A DNA stretch of 63,997 bases, filler included, from Octopus bimaculoides (GCF_001194135.2; 6 parts of 6 records of this genome joined end to end with filler, not necessarily neighbours in it), one strand, 5' to 3'; counted from the whole stretch's first letter, positions 1 through 14,006 are shown. Numbers and translations are program-made. The notes: generated by a model not told the origin, from the letters alone.

Positions 1-1989
1 TATATATATATATATATATGTATATATATGTGTGTGTGTGAGTGTGTATGACTGTATATGTATTTATCACATAATAAATACAGAAACATTTATGTTGTTT
101 TGCATAAATATTACTTACGGTTGTAAATCTTTTTTTTTTTTTTTGCTTTTCGTTTTACTTTATTATCTTAGGTCGTTATGGAATGTTAAATAATACAAAA
201 TAAATCGAACGAAAACTTAAATAAATCTTTTGATTTCTTTTTTAAATTTTTTCATAAGAAAAATATTTCTAAAAGAAAAAAAATTTCTGAAATATTATTC
301 GATCAATACGTCTACCAACACTAAGAATAGTTGTAAAAATGGCTGACTATTTCACTGACAGTTCTACCCTAAACTTCATTTTCAGACACTCTCAGCGTGA
401 CACGGTGACAAGGCTTGGCATTCAAATCACAATGTCTACCCATCCGACTGTTTGAGTTGTAGATCAATGTAATACTTCTCAAAAATATACATAGTTATAT
501 TCTTGAGTATATGATACGTATCCAAAATTAACTTGTGGCTGGTGAGGTATTTTGGATTGCTTCCTATATTGCCTAGTATTTGAATAGTGTTATATTTTTC
601 ATTACTCTGAGCTACTTCCATAACTATACATATGTGTATATATAAATAAGTAAATACATATATATATGTATGTACGTATACATATATATACATTATATAT
701 ANNNNNNNNNNNNNNNNNNNNNNNNNNNNNNNNNNNNNNNNNNNNNNNNNNNNNNNNNNNNNNNNNNNNNNNNNNNNNNNNNNNNNNNNNNNNNNNNNNN
801 NNNNNNNNNNNNNNNNNNNNNNNNNNNNNNNNNNNNNNNNNNNNNNNNNNNNNNNNNNNNNNNNNNNNNNNNNNNNNNNNNNNNNNNNNNNNNNNNNNNN
901 NNNNNNNNNNNNNNNNNNNNNNNNNNNNNNNNNNNNNNNNNNNNNNNNNNNNNNNNNNNNNNNNNNNNNNNNNNNNNNNNNNNNNNNNNNNNNNNNNNNN
1001 NNNNNNNNNNNNNNNNNNNNNNNNNNNNNNNNNNNNNNNNNNNNNNNNNNNNNNNNNNNNNNNNNNNNNNNNNNNNNNNNNNNNNNNNNNNNNNNNNNNN
1101 NNNNNNNNNNNNNNNNNNNNNNNNNNNNNNNNNNNNNNNNNNNNNNNNNNNNNNNNNNNNNNNNNNNNNNNNNNNNNNNNNNNNNNNNNNNNNNNNNNNN
1201 NNNNNNNNNNNNNNNNNNNNNNNNNNNNNNNNNNNNNNNNNNNNNNNNNNNNNNNNNNNNNNNNNNNNNNNNNNNNNNNNNNNNNNNNNNNNNNNNNNNN
1301 NNNNNNNNNNNNNNNNNNNNNNNNNNNNNNNNNNNNNNNNNNNNNNNNNNNNNNNNNNNNNNNNNNNNNNNNNNNNNNNNNNNNNNNNNNNNNNNNNNNN
1401 NNNNNNNNNNNNNNNNNNNNNNNNNNNNNNNNNNNNNNNNNNNNNNNNNNNNNNNNNNNNNNNNNNNNNNNNNNNNNNNNNNNNNNNNNNNNNNNNNNNN
1501 NNNNNNNNNNNNNNNNNNNNNNNNNNNNNNNNNNNNNNNNNNNNNNNNNNNNNNNNNNNNNNNNNNNNNNNNNNNNNNNNNNNNNNNNNNNNNNNNNNNN
1601 NNNAGAAGAAGAAGAAGAAGAAGAAGAAGAAGAAGAAGAAGAAGAAGAAGAAGAAGAAGAAGAAGAAGAAGAAGAAATAGAGTGGAGAAATTCTAGAAGT
1701 ACGTTACTTTTCTACTTGTAGTTATTATTTACGATATGTCAATCAAAAGGAAAATTTCTTCTCTGGCTGCTTTCAAGACCGCCAGTCATCTCAGTCAAAT
1801 TTGTCAGTGTTGTGAATAATATATTCATTCGTTAAAAATAAATATAAATGCTGCATACACAAAGTCGACAGAATCTTCTCTAGCGTCTTGTTCTTACTTT
1901 ACATATATTTTGTATAGTTTTTCTTGATTTTTTTTTTTGAGAACGAGATTTTGTTGTTTTCAATTTTTAATAAATAAAATTTATAAAGG

Positions 1990-2445
1990 CACAGATATGA
2001 CTTTGTGGTTTAAGAAACTCGCTTTATAACCACTTGGTTTCGGGTTTAGCCCCCACTGCATGGTACTCTGGGTACGTTCTTAATGTCGTCTTCTAGAGCT
2101 CCAGGTTTGATCAATGCCTTCTGACTGAATTTGGTGGACAGAAGCTGTGTGATGCCCATCGTGTGTGTGATCGCACGCGCGCATGTGTGTGTGTACGTGT
2201 GCGTGCGTGCATGATTGCGTGTATGTGCATGTGTGTCAGTGTGTCTTTTAGTCTGTGTTTATTCGACTCTATAATGATTGATGTCAGTTGCTTACGTGCC
2301 TGAAACCTAGCGGTTTGGAAAAAGAGACTGATAGAATAACCAGGCTTCAAAAACAAAATAACTTTTCGGGTCGATCTCTTCAACTAAAATACTCCAAAGC
2401 GGAGGCCCAGCATGGCCGTTGTCCAATGAGTGAAACAAATATAAC
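1990..2445 (+). mobile_element. tRNA-derived SINE family A, old full-length copy
   Basis: Head (ttcgggtttagccccactgc), internal (tg)n, core and gccccagcatggcc tail match the copies at 14007 and 41260. Confidence 0.7.
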
Positions 2446-3660
2446 ATGAAGGTATTCTTCATATATGTTGTTTTAATACTTCAGTACTTCAGTCAGTGAA
2501 GGTTTAGGGTACCCGGCGGTACGTTCTGTCCTCGTGCATGACATTTTATTTCACGTTCCTGCAGACCACTCACATGGCAAAAATTAGTTGCACCTGTAAT
2601 TCAAAGGACAAGCTTTGTCACACTCTGTAACACAGGGAATCTCTTTGAGAACTGTATTAAGGCTATGCTGTTCGTGGAGTATTCAGCCACTTGCACGTTA
2701 ATTTGACGGGCAAGTTATTTTTAATACTCGACGTCGAAACTGACAGAGTACCGGGCCGCTTCAGTCAGATATGTAATGATATCACACATTACGCACTACC
2801 GGAGCTTTGAGGAAAACCAAGTAAGTCTTTCACAGACCGACATCCTACTCCGATTACTTGGAACACAATGGACTTAGTTAAATTTTTCCAGTCAGCAGCC
2901 AACGAATTAAAAAATTTTTAAACTCTATTTTAGCCTTGACTAAGGAAGCGTATGAACATGGGCACTCCAACTGAGAGAACACTATCATATATTTTCAAAT
3001 AAAATATTCAAGACCGCTAACTGTGATGCATCTTAAATTTCATACAGCAAGGGTACCCTTATAGGAGGTTCTAACATTTTGAGTAACATATGGTCTCTTG
3101 TTTATTGCATTGTGTTTCATATAGGAAATGGTGCATGCATGTATAGATGTTTTTGTGTGCGTGCATGTATGCATATATATATATATATGTATAAACAGAG
3201 AGAGAGAAACAGACAGAGAGAGAGAAACAGACAGAGAGAGAGAGAAACAGACAGAGAGAGAAACAGACAGAGAGAGAGAAACAGACAGAGAGAGAGAAAC
3301 AGACAGAGAGTCAGTTTGATTGAGAGAGAGAGAGACTTAGGAATGTATAACTTTGGCACATTCAAACTATGGTTAATCATGATAAATATTGCCTTAGATC
3401 TGAATATTCTAAAAGAGATATATCACGATGCGTTACTTTGAATAGATGTCTGTCTTTATTCACAGATGAGTACAAGCAGGAATAGACAGAGAAGCACGCA
3501 GACGCCTGCACATATATATCTGAATGTATGCTCACATGCACACGCGCGCACATATGTGAGTGTGTGTGTGTTTGCGTATGTATGTGAATGCGTCTGTATC
3601 TGTACACACATGAATATATACGTACACATATGCACAACACACACATAGACATAAACATAG

Positions 3661-3689
<29 letters not shown>

Positions 3690-3695
<6 letters not shown>

Positions 3696-4025
3696 GAATC
3701 AACTGAGTGCACAAGGAATACAAACGGGAGATAGGACATGCTTGTGCTGGTAGTGTAATATATGCTGTTATTTTGAAGCGTAAAACAAAGACGCTTGATA
3801 TTTCGGACAGTGGTCCTTCATCAGAATAACAATTAAGGAACGTATACGTATGTGTGTGTGTGAAATCAACTGAGAGCACGAAGAAGACAAAGGGGAGATA
3901 TGATAAGTTTTAACATCTGCTGTTAGTTTAATATATGCAGTTATTTTGACGCTTAAAGCAAAGACGCTTGATGTTTTGGACTGTGGTCCTCCATCAGAAT
4001 AACAATTAAGGAATGTATACGTACG
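3690..4025 (-). repeat. Two diverged tandem units (about 175-bp period), each with a hammerhead-like core
   Basis: Units 3690-3860 and 3861-4025 align end to end. Minus-strand cores are CTGATGA-a-ggac(cact)gtcc-GAAA-tatc (3797-3824) and decayed CTGATGG-a-ggac(caca)gtcc-AAAA-catc (3970-3997). Confidence 0.6.
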
Positions 4026-4429
4026 TGTCTGGGTGTGTGTGTGTGTGTATCGATCTATTTGTTTGTCCCTACTTGTGTCTACATGTATTTCTATATGTGC
4101 CTCTTTCTTTCTAGATGGGAAAGTCATATATTTAATTTTCAAGCATGATATCTGCTCCCGTCCCCGTAACATAATTTCATATTCCCCAATACTACGCCGA
4201 ACTAAGTCAAGGTAAGAGGTCATGTGTTGTGATTTCTTGGTCATCTCATCTGTGTTGATGCCAATGAGGGAAAAGTCACAGTATACTTTGTAAAGTGGTT
4301 GGTGACAGGAAACGCATCCAGCTGAAGAAAAAATCTATCCTAGACCAAACATTTGACATTCGGCGCAGTCTCCTAGCTCGACGATTCCTGAGAAATCGCC
4401 AAGTCTCTAACATCACAGAAAAAGGGACG

Positions 4430-4469
<40 letters not shown>

Positions 4470-6479
4470 ATGACGATGACGAGGAGGAACGGAAAGAAGA
4501 ACGCATGTTAAAACTTGAGTGACTGAACACGTATGGGTTTGCGTTTTATTCAACAGAACATTGCCTCATTAGCAACCAGTACTTGTAGGTACGTAGATTG
4601 AAAAGCCATAATAATTACCTTACCCAATATCTAAAATTCTTCTAAAAGTGAGGTGCAAAACCTACCTATGAAAACTTTGCGACTGTAAATAACATTAATA
4701 ATGTTTGAAATCAATATTTTAAACTAAATCATTTCAAAAAATTATTTGGCAATTATCTATAAACTGGATATCGCTACACCCGAAATGGACAGCAAATTTC
4801 GAATTTAAGTTGTAATTATCTACCAATTCATCTCTTTTATTTTCTATACAAACTGACACTACTTTACATTTAAATGTCAATCTCCTGCTTCTATTTAATA
4901 TATTCCTGTCATTTATACATAAGCTAAAGACATTCCAAGCACATATATATATATATATATATANNNNNNNNNNNNNNNNNNNNNNNNNNNNNNNNNNNNN
5001 NNNNNNNNNNNNNNNNNNNNNNNNNNNNNNNNNNNNNNNNNNNNNNNNNNNNNNNNNNNNNNNNNNNNNNNNNNNNNNNNNNNNNNNNNNNNNNNNNNNN
5101 NNNNNNNNNNNNNNNNNNNNNNNNNNNNNNNNNNNNNNNNNNNNNNNNNNNNNNNNNNNNNNNNNNNNNNNNNNNNNNNNNNNNNNNNNNNNNNNNNNNN
5201 NNNNNNNNNNNNNNNNNNNNNNNNNNNNNNNNNNNNNNNNNNNNNNNNNNNNNNNNNNNNNNNNNNNNNNNNNNNNNNNNNNNNNNNNNNNNNNNNNNNN
5301 NNNNNNNNNNNNNNNNNNNNNNNNNNNNNNNNNNNNNNNNNNNNNNNNNNNNNNNNNNNNNNNNNNNNNNNNNNNNNNNNNNNNNNNNNNNNNNNNNNNN
5401 NNNNNNNNNNNNNNNNNNNNNNNNNNNNNNNNNNNNNNNNNNNNNNNNNNNNNNNNNNNNNNNNNNNNNNNNNNNNNNNNNNNNNNNNNNNNNNNNNNNN
5501 NNNNNNNNNNNNNNNNNNNNNNNNNNNNNNNNNNNNNNNNNNNNNNNNNNNNNNNNNNNNNNNNNNNNNNNNNNNNNNNNNNNNNNNNNNNNNNNNNNCC
5601 TTTTTTAGCGAACCCGAAAGAATAAAAGGGAAAATCGACCTCAGCGGAATTTTAACTCGGAACGTAAAGACAGACGACATGTCGCTAAGTATTTTGCCAG
5701 CTTGCAGTCTCAACCCTGGCTACAATATTATCATCTAGAAATGAATTACAAAAATGAAATGCATTTTTGGACAGCAGTCATGGATTTTTTTTTTTCTACA
5801 ATTGATTTTTTTTTCTACAATGTCTGTTGTTCAACAATTGAGTATCACATACGGAATGCATTTGTATTAATTAGAAACGGCCATATTTTTCTATTTTCTA
5901 TTCTTCCGCTAAATCAGCAAGACGCTTGTGACTAAATGAATTTTTTGCCTTTACTGTGTACTAAACATAACCACAATATTATTTCTCACACCACTTTAAC
6001 TATTGGTCCTAATCATTAAATGTGTTTTAGCTAAATATCAACTACAACCCGAACTTAAACTAAGCACAGTCGTAACTGTCATCTTAATGTTCTGATTTTT
6101 CATGAGGCTGATGTAACTCTTATTGCTACTAATTACGGTTATCAATTTTTATTTCTCACTTGGCACCATTTTCTATTTAATGTTATACACCTTTTAGCAA
6201 ATGATTATGAAACACCTTCACTGTCTTTTAGCTTTAAAAAATGTTCGTACATGTGCTGATGTACGGAAAAATAATACGCAAAGTGTTCTCTGTTTTAAAT
6301 TTCTTTCTTTGTCTGAAAAAGTCGGCAGAATCTTAACAAATTGTTAGTGACATTCAAGGCAAAGTGGAGATAATTTCAACAAATTATGAAAATCATTAAC
6401 ATGTTCCGATTATATTTAACCTCGTCGGTGAAGCGCTATTTTTCAAGTCTGCATTTTTCATGTTAGGTTTCATGTAGGG

Positions 6480-6602
6480 TCATGCGCCGTTGCAGCGCGT
6501 TGTTGCATTCACTATTTGTCGGTATACTTCCGTGTCTTCCTCGATGACCCATTCCGCAGAATCGCAGTCAGTCCCAATCTCCGTGAAGCACCCCATCATC
6601 TG
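6480..6602 (-). CDS. Possible terminal exon of an unknown gene ((Q)MMGCFTEIGTDCDSAEWVIEEDTEVYRQIVNATTRCNGA*)
   Basis: GC-richer non-repeat island with only this frame open. Upstream are a T-rich tract, a tactaat branch-like motif and a NAGNAG (aagcag) acceptor. No homology recognised. Confidence 0.25.
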   Translation of the reverse strand, partial: QMMGCFTEIGTDCDSAEWVIEEDTEVYRQIVNATTRCNGA

Positions 6603-7760
6603 CTTGTCAATGGAAAGAAATTGTTATAAATAAAAATTATCTACCATTAGTACTAATTTGCATATGTAGCTCTGGGGAATAACTCAACTTGGGTTTTGAC
6701 ATGAATCCTATAATTCACCTAAAAGTGGGGACCTATATGAAACATGAAAATATTCTTAATGAAATTATATTTACCGCTTATCATAGGACAGAAAACAAAA
6801 GCTTGCTGCGTAGTGTTAGCAAGAAATGGAGGAGAAAGTATTAAGAATATAAAAGAATGTAAATGCAATAAAGGATAATGATATTTTCAATTTCTCAACA
6901 TTAAAGTAATTTGGACACCCATTAATAATTTCAACAACGCGAAACCCCAGCGATTTGCCCTAAAGGGAATTTATTTTGCCTAATTACAAATATATTGTGT
7001 GCAGCTTATAAAATATCACCATAAGTCATAAAAGATGAATTGTAATTCTTTCGACTATTTTAGTAACCATACTCCAGCTATTTTTGCTTCGTTTTGTCTC
7101 TTTTCATTTGTTTGAAACTTAATACGATCATTTCACATCTATAGAAGTCCTTCTATGTATTTCTATAACGAGCTACTCTACGAAACACGAGATATAAAAT
7201 TATCTTCCCTAAATTTCCTTGAACCTTTCACTGTATTCTAGCTTTTCAGCACATCGTAGAATCATATCTTCTCACAATGTAGAATATATTTTTTTTTTTG
7301 CTATATGTTGAATCCCCTGTGGTTTAGATTCTATATTAAGTAACCAAACCTTCCAAAATTAATAAGATCATGGCGCTAAAGAGAGAAATTATTTCGTAGT
7401 AGAATATCTCTTACAGGAAACAAAATTGACTACGACTCTTCATAAAAGACGTAAAATATTTTGTGGGAATATAGAATACGTAGCAGGAAAGTTTCGACTA
7501 ATTTCACTATACAAACAATTTCACTATACGCATAATTTCACTATTTCTCATAAAATTAAACTTTGCCAGAAGAACCAGTGTAACTCCATATATGTGTACA
7601 TCGTGTTGCGATTATCACTAGGTCGGCATGTTAGGTGATGACCATATTTGCTGGCGATCTCTTTATATATCGGGCTATCACTGGAATCGGTCAAGTATCT
7701 TCTACTATAGCCACGGGCTGAATAATGTCTTCTAAGTGAATTTGATATAAGGACACACGT

Positions 7761-7795
<35 letters not shown>

Positions 7796-7864
7796 ATATA
7801 TATATATATATATACATACATACATACATACATACATACATACATACATAAATACATACATATA

Positions 7865-7895
<31 letters not shown>

Positions 7896-8039
7896 TCAGA
7901 TAAACTTACTTGGAAATGGATGCGTGGCGTTCATTCAAATAATAATACAAATAATATATATTATCGCATATATATATAATATAAATAATATAAATAATAC
8001 ATATTATATGCATATATAGATATATACACACATATGTAC

Positions 8040-8215
8040 ATACATACATATGTACGTTTGCTCGAAATAAAGAGTGGGACAACTGATGGAGGGTCGTTTT
8101 TTTATGTTACTTGTCTTGTTTTCTATTTGTTTCTCGTTCTTTGCATATCCAACGTTATTTTCGTATTTCGTGTTGTTTACGTTTTGTGACGTCCTGTACA
8201 CATATGCATACCTAT
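8040..8215. repeat. Unclassified interspersed repeat
   Basis: ctcgaaata...aactgatg(g/a)agggtcgtt...gtgacgtcctgt(a/g)cacatatgca also occurs at 46160-46345. Confidence 0.65.
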
Positions 8216-9117
8216 GTGGATACATATGTATGTACATATATGTGTGTGTATATATATATAAATATGTGTGTGTTGGTGCTGCTTTGGAAGCTTGTGGTAT
8301 GTGTATGTATATATATGTAAGTATATATACGTACATGTACGGATGTGTGAATGTGTGTGCCTTCGTGCGTGTTGGGGGGACCTTCGTGTTTGTACCCCTC
8401 ACACTGCTTGAAAATCTCTGTTGCTTTGTCTGATTTGTCTGATTAAATTCTTCAAGGCGATGCCCCAGCATGACCGTAATTCAATTAATTCAATTACACG
8501 TAAACAATAAAACATAATTGCAGTTACAATTCCCCTCCCCCTCAGAATGAATCGAATGCGAAAATGCAATCTCACGAATTAATTGCCATAACAGCTGTAA
8601 TCTTACCACTGTTCCTGGCATGTGGTTAATGGTTAATATTTTCTGATAGAAAATATTAACAGCCTGCCAGAAACAGTCCAAGGAGTGATGTGTTGGCAAC
8701 GGTCACAATGCAACAGTGGCACAGAGATGAAATATGTTCATTATTCTAACAAGTGATAGACAAATAGCTTGGAGACGCCTATATATATATGCATCAACGA
8801 ACACAAATATGTAGAGAATGATTTGGAGGCACGCAAATAGTTATACATGTATCGTATTTGCGTGTGGTTACATATACATCTAAACGTCAGATGTGAAAGA
8901 GAATAACTGGTACAAATAAAACACAGACAGATACGTAGTCATGTGTAAATGTGAGCCGTACAGACATGTAGTAATATAAACGGAAAGATGTGTGTGTGTG
9001 TGTGCGTGTGTGTTTATGTGTGTGTGTGTGTTCATATGTGCGTGTATGTAGCGCGTTTGTTATGTGATACGCAAAAAAGTATATAACTCTCCTTACATGC
9101 GTGTGTATATGTGTTTG

Positions 9118-9158
<41 letters not shown>

Positions 9159-10150
9159 TTAGTGAGAGAGAGAGAGTGAGAGAGAGAGAGAGAGTGAGAG
9201 AGAGTGAGAGTGAGAGAGAGTGAGAGAGAGTGAGAGAGAGTGAGAGAGAGNNNNNNNNNNNNNNNNNNNNNNNNNNNNNNNNNNNNNNNNNNNNNNNNNN
9301 NNNNNNNNNNNNNNNNNNNNNNNNNNNNNNNNNNNNNNNNNNNNNNNNNNNNNNNNNNNNNNNNNNNNNNNNNNNNNNNNNNNNNNNNNNNNNNNNNNNN
9401 NNNNNNNNNNNNNNNNNNNNNNNNNNNNNNNNNNNNNNNNNNNNNNNNNNNNNNNNNNNNNNNNNNNNNNNNNNNNNNNNNNNNNNNNNNNNNNNNNNNN
9501 NNNNNNNNNNNNNNNNNNNNNNNNNNNNNNNNNNNNNNNNNNNNNNNNNNNNNNNNNNNNNNNNNNATATACATCATCTGCAATGGTCGTGATTAATTGC
9601 GTATATTTTGCACACTGGAAGTATGTTGTAGTTCTTTAACAAGAAGCTGGTTTTAAGTATTTACAATTATAATCAACTTCGATCCATACTTGCCCATCTG
9701 GTTGGTTTAGGTATTGCAAATGTAGGATTACATGCAGTCGTATCACGTTCACGGCACTGATTCCATTTTCGTCCGATCACCGGATCTAGGTAATGTGGTG
9801 CGCACACAAACACATATACATAGGCAAACATACACACAATCTCTCAGACGTCCACATACACTCAATCACATGCACACACATAAAAATACACAAGCAAATG
9901 GAATTCTGCTGACATGTCATTATCATCCAGAGCTTATACTCAATTAAAAGCTGACATTACTTACACTGTGACAGCAATTATTTTATATAAATACGATTAT
10001 TTTCACAGTCCACTTAATTATCGCACTGATTGTCATTGTATGCTTGCGTGAAAGAGAGAACCAGACAGATATACAAGCAGACAGAGAGATATATTTGTAC
10101 ACAAAACAATTTCACCTGCTTAATCTTTCAGTTATATGCTGTACTTAGTG

Positions 10151-10394
10151 GAGGTGCAATGGCTCCGTGGTGAGGGCAGCGGACTCGCGATCATAGGATC
10201 GCGGTTTCGATTCCCAGACCGGGCGTTGTGAATGTTTATTGAGCGAAAACACTTAAAGCTCCACGAGGCTCGGGCAGGGGATGGTGGCGAACCCTACTGT
10301 ACACTTTCACCACAATTTCTCTCACTCTTACTACCTGCTTCTGTTGTGCCTGTAACTCAAAGGGTCAGCCTTGTCACACTGTGTCACGCTGAAT
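10151..10394 (+). mobile_element. SINE family B, truncated by gap
   Basis: gaggtgcaatggctccgtggtgagggcagcggactcgcg...ggtttcgattccc, matching 19219. Confidence 0.85.
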
Positions 10395-11336
10395 NNNNNN
10401 NNNNNNNNNNNNNNNNNNNNNNNNNNNNNNNNNNNNNNNNNNNNNNNNNNNNNNNNNNNNNNNNNNNNNNNNNNNNNNNNNNNNNNNNNNNNNNNNNNNN
10501 NNNNNNNNNNNNNNNNNNNNNNNNNNNNNNNNNNNNNNNNNNNNNNNNNNNNNNNNNNNNNNNNNNNNNNNNNNNNNNNNNNNNNNNNNNNNNNNNNNNN
10601 NNNNNNNNNNNNNNNNNNNNNNNNNNNNNNNNNNNNNNNNNNNNNNNNNNNNNNNNNNNNNNNNNNNNNNNNNNNNNNNNNNNNNNNNNNNNNNNNNNNN
10701 NNNNNNNNNNNNNNNNNNNNNNNNNNNNNNNNNNNNNNNNNNNNNNNNNNNNNNNNNNNNNNNNNNNNNNNNNNNNNNNNNNNNNNNNNNNNNNNNNNNN
10801 NNNNNNNNNNNNNNNNNNNNNNNNNNNNNNNNNNNNNNNNNNNNNNNNNNNNNNNNNNNNNNNNNNNNNNNNNNNNNNNNNNNNNNNNNNNNNNNNNNNN
10901 NNNNNNNNNNNNNNNNNNNNNNNNNNNNNNNNNNNNNNNNNNNNNNNNNNNNNNNNNNNNNNNNNNNNNNNNNNNNNNNNNNNNNNNNNNNNNNNNNNNN
11001 NNNNNNNNNNNNNNNNNNNNNNNNNNNNNNNNNNNNNNNNNNNNNNNNNNNNNNNNNNNNNNNNNNNNNNNNNNNNNNNNNNNNNNNNNNNNNNNNNNNN
11101 NNNNNNNNNNNNNNNNNNNNNNNNNNNNNNNNNNNNNNNNNNNNNNNNNNNNNNNNNNNNNNNNNNNNNNNNNNNNNNNNNNNNNNNNNNNNNNNNNNNN
11201 NNNNNNNNNNNNNNNNTATATATACACGACAGGCTTTTTCAGTTTCGTCTACCAAATCCACTCACAAGGCTTTGTTCGGCCTGAGGCTATAGTAGAAGAC
11301 ACTTGCCCAAGGTGCAACGTCGGTCTGTTACACATG

Positions 11337-11550
11337 GTGGCAGGCTGGCTGAAACGTTAGCATACCGGGCGAAATGCTTAGCGGTATTTCGTCTGTTTTT
11401 ACGTATAGAGTTCAAATTCCGCCGAGGTCGGCTTTGCCTTTCGTCCTTTCGGGGTCGAAAATTTAAGTACCAGTTGCGTACTGGGTCGATCTAATTGAAT
11501 GGCCTTCTCCCCCAAGATTTCGGTTCCTTGTGCCAAGTGTAGAAAAGAAT
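11337..11550 (+). mobile_element. tRNA-derived SINE family D
   Basis: gctggctgaaacgttagcataccgggcgaaatgcttagcgg...gagttcaaattccgccgaggtcg. Recurs at 12172-12415, 51065-51280, 51310-51510 and 59380-59570 (+), and at 5599-5705, 44620-44810, 49700-49935 and 51945-52125 (-). Confidence 0.8.
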
Positions 11551-12171
11551 ATCTTCAGAACATCGAGACATTTTTATTTTCGTCATACATCTATTCTTCC
11601 TTTCATTTATCGTACAAATACTGGATGTGAAAAGTGTTAGAGAATATATTGGATAATTTAACCAAATAACACTGTTCGAGCAAAAAAACAAAAAGCCAAA
11701 CACAGTCTATTAAAAATTTGTGGATGTCTTCTCAATAAAATTCTTATAAGATTAGTCCATGAATCTGCCTTCAGATTTGATGACTACTCCAATGCAACAC
11801 CAGAATCGCTGACAGGCCTAAATGTTTAATTTCTCTTCATTACAGTTGATGCATTGTCACCAGAGGCTTCGAATTCCAACTAAACTAACTTTATGTACAA
11901 TAGATTTTGAAAAATATAGAAAGTTGGGAATTTCTGCATCGCTTTGTTATGCGCAAATGGCCACCACGTCTTTTCATTTCTTGTGTTATCATATTTTTAT
12001 CAGTTATGGGAGATCTGAAACTGAAACATTTTAATTAGTTTCAAGAGACTAGTACACTAGTAATTAAGTGTCCTTAAAACCTCCTCTTCCATACAATGCT
12101 CAATATAAATGGAGTCTGTAAAATCAAACGTTTCTCTAAATATACTACTTTTAACATTTAAACTCCCCTAA

Positions 12172-12415
12172 GGCGGCGAGCTGGCAGGAAAGGCGGTGAG
12201 CTTGCAGAAACGTTAGCACGTCGGGCGAAATGTTTAGCGGTATTTCCTCTGTGCGTTCTGAGTTCAAATTCCGCCGAGGTCAACTTTGCCTTTCATCCTT
12301 TCGGGGTCGATAGATTAAGTACCAGTTACGCACTGGGATCAATGTAATCGACTTAATCCATTTGTCTGTCCTTGTTTGTCCCCTCTATGTTTAGCCCCTT
12401 GTGGGCAATAAAAAA
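12172..12415 (+). mobile_element. SINE family D copy with duplicated 5' start (ggcggcgagctggcagga / ggcggtgagcttgcagaa)
   Basis: Direct alignment with 11337-11500. Confidence 0.75.
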
Positions 12416-13086
12416 AAAGAAGAAACCTTAGCACGCTGGGAAAAATGCTTAACGGCATTTCGTTTGATTTACGTTCAAATTACCGCTGGCCTTGTGACAA
12501 AATTTGAATCAGTATTTANNNNNNNNNNNNNNNNNNNNNNNNNNNNNNNNNNNNNNNNNNNNNNNNNNNNNNNNNNNNNNNNNNNNNNNNNNNNNNNNNN
12601 NNNNNNNNNNNNNNNNNNNNNNNNNNNNNNNNNNNNNNNNNNNNNNNNNNNNNNNNNNNNNNNNNNNNNNNNNNNNNNNNNNNNNNNNNNNNNNNNNNNN
12701 NNNNNNNNNNNNNNNNNNNNNNNNNNNNNNNNNNNNNNNNNNNNNNNNNNNNNNNNNNNNNNNNNNNNNNNNNNNNNNNNNNNNNNNNNNNNNNNNNNNN
12801 NNNNNNNNNNNNNNNNNNNNNNNNNNNNNNNNNNNNNNNNNNNNNNNNNNNNNNNNNNNNNNNNNNNNNNNNNNNNNNNNNNNNNNNNNNNNNNNNNNNN
12901 NNNNNNNNNNNNNNNNNNNNNNNNNNNNNNNNNNNNNNNNNNNNNNNNNNNNNNNNNNNNNNNNNNNNNNNNNNNNNNNNNNNNNNNNNNNNNNNNNNNN
13001 NNNNNNNNNNNNNNNNNNNNNNNNNNNNNNNNNNNTTTTCTACAGCCGACAGGTATTTATATTTTTTTAGATTTTAATTACTTGTG

Positions 13087-13171
<85 letters not shown>

Positions 13172-13840
13172 GTATACGGAAATCTGACACCTCTGTGCCT
13201 CTCTCTCTCCCTCTCTCTTCCTCCCTCCCTCTCTCTCTTTCTTTCTCTCTCTCTCTCTTTCTGTTTCTACCTTTGTATATACCTGTCTGTATGTATGCCT
13301 GCACGACTGTGTATCTCGATACGAAGAAAATATATTTCCTACATAAACTAGAATTTTTACTATTACGTAGAGAAAATATACCTGCGAATTTTCATATATG
13401 TTTCCCAGATGGAAATCTTCAAATTTAATTTTCGGAAACTTATAAGTTTCCTCTCTTAACCGAAATCAGTTTGCGAGGAAAACCTCATGAAACACATCGT
13501 AAATCTGAACTCCCATTAAAACTTCATAGAATACCGACAGCCAAGAAGTGTCAATATATATACATAAATACATATCTATGTCATTTTCCAGTTTTATTTG
13601 AAGTTGTATGTATGTATATATGTACGTATCTATGAATGCATGAATGAATGAAGGTGTGTATGTGTGTGTGTGTATATATATANNNNNNNNNNNNNNNNNN
13701 NNNNNNNNNNNNNNNNNNNNNNNNNNNNNNNNNNNNNNNNNNNNNNNNNNNNNNNNNNNNNNNNNNNNNNNNNNNNNNNNNNNNNNNNNNNNNNNNNNNN
13801 NNNNNNNNNNNNNNNNNNNNNNNNNNNNNNNNNNNNNNNN

Positions 13841-13900
<60 letters not shown>

Positions 13901-14006
13901 CAGCAGTATTTCTCGTTCAGAGATTTAGAACTAATAGTTCTTATATACATATATATACATATGCATATTTATAGATATAAATATGTATACATTCATTCAT
14001 TAATTC

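Noticed and set aside
4276-4430. Open frames near 4.3 kb (KRIQLKKKSILDQ... and the reverse-strand frame)
   Set aside because: The DNA aligns with SINE family C (gttggtgacaggaaacgcatccagctgaagaaa; (gat)n tail), so it is non-coding repeat.
8632-8660. Perfect 13-bp-arm palindrome gttaatattttct-gat-agaaaatattaac
   Set aside because: Short and AT-rich, with no TSD or second copy seen; it could arise by chance or local slippage.
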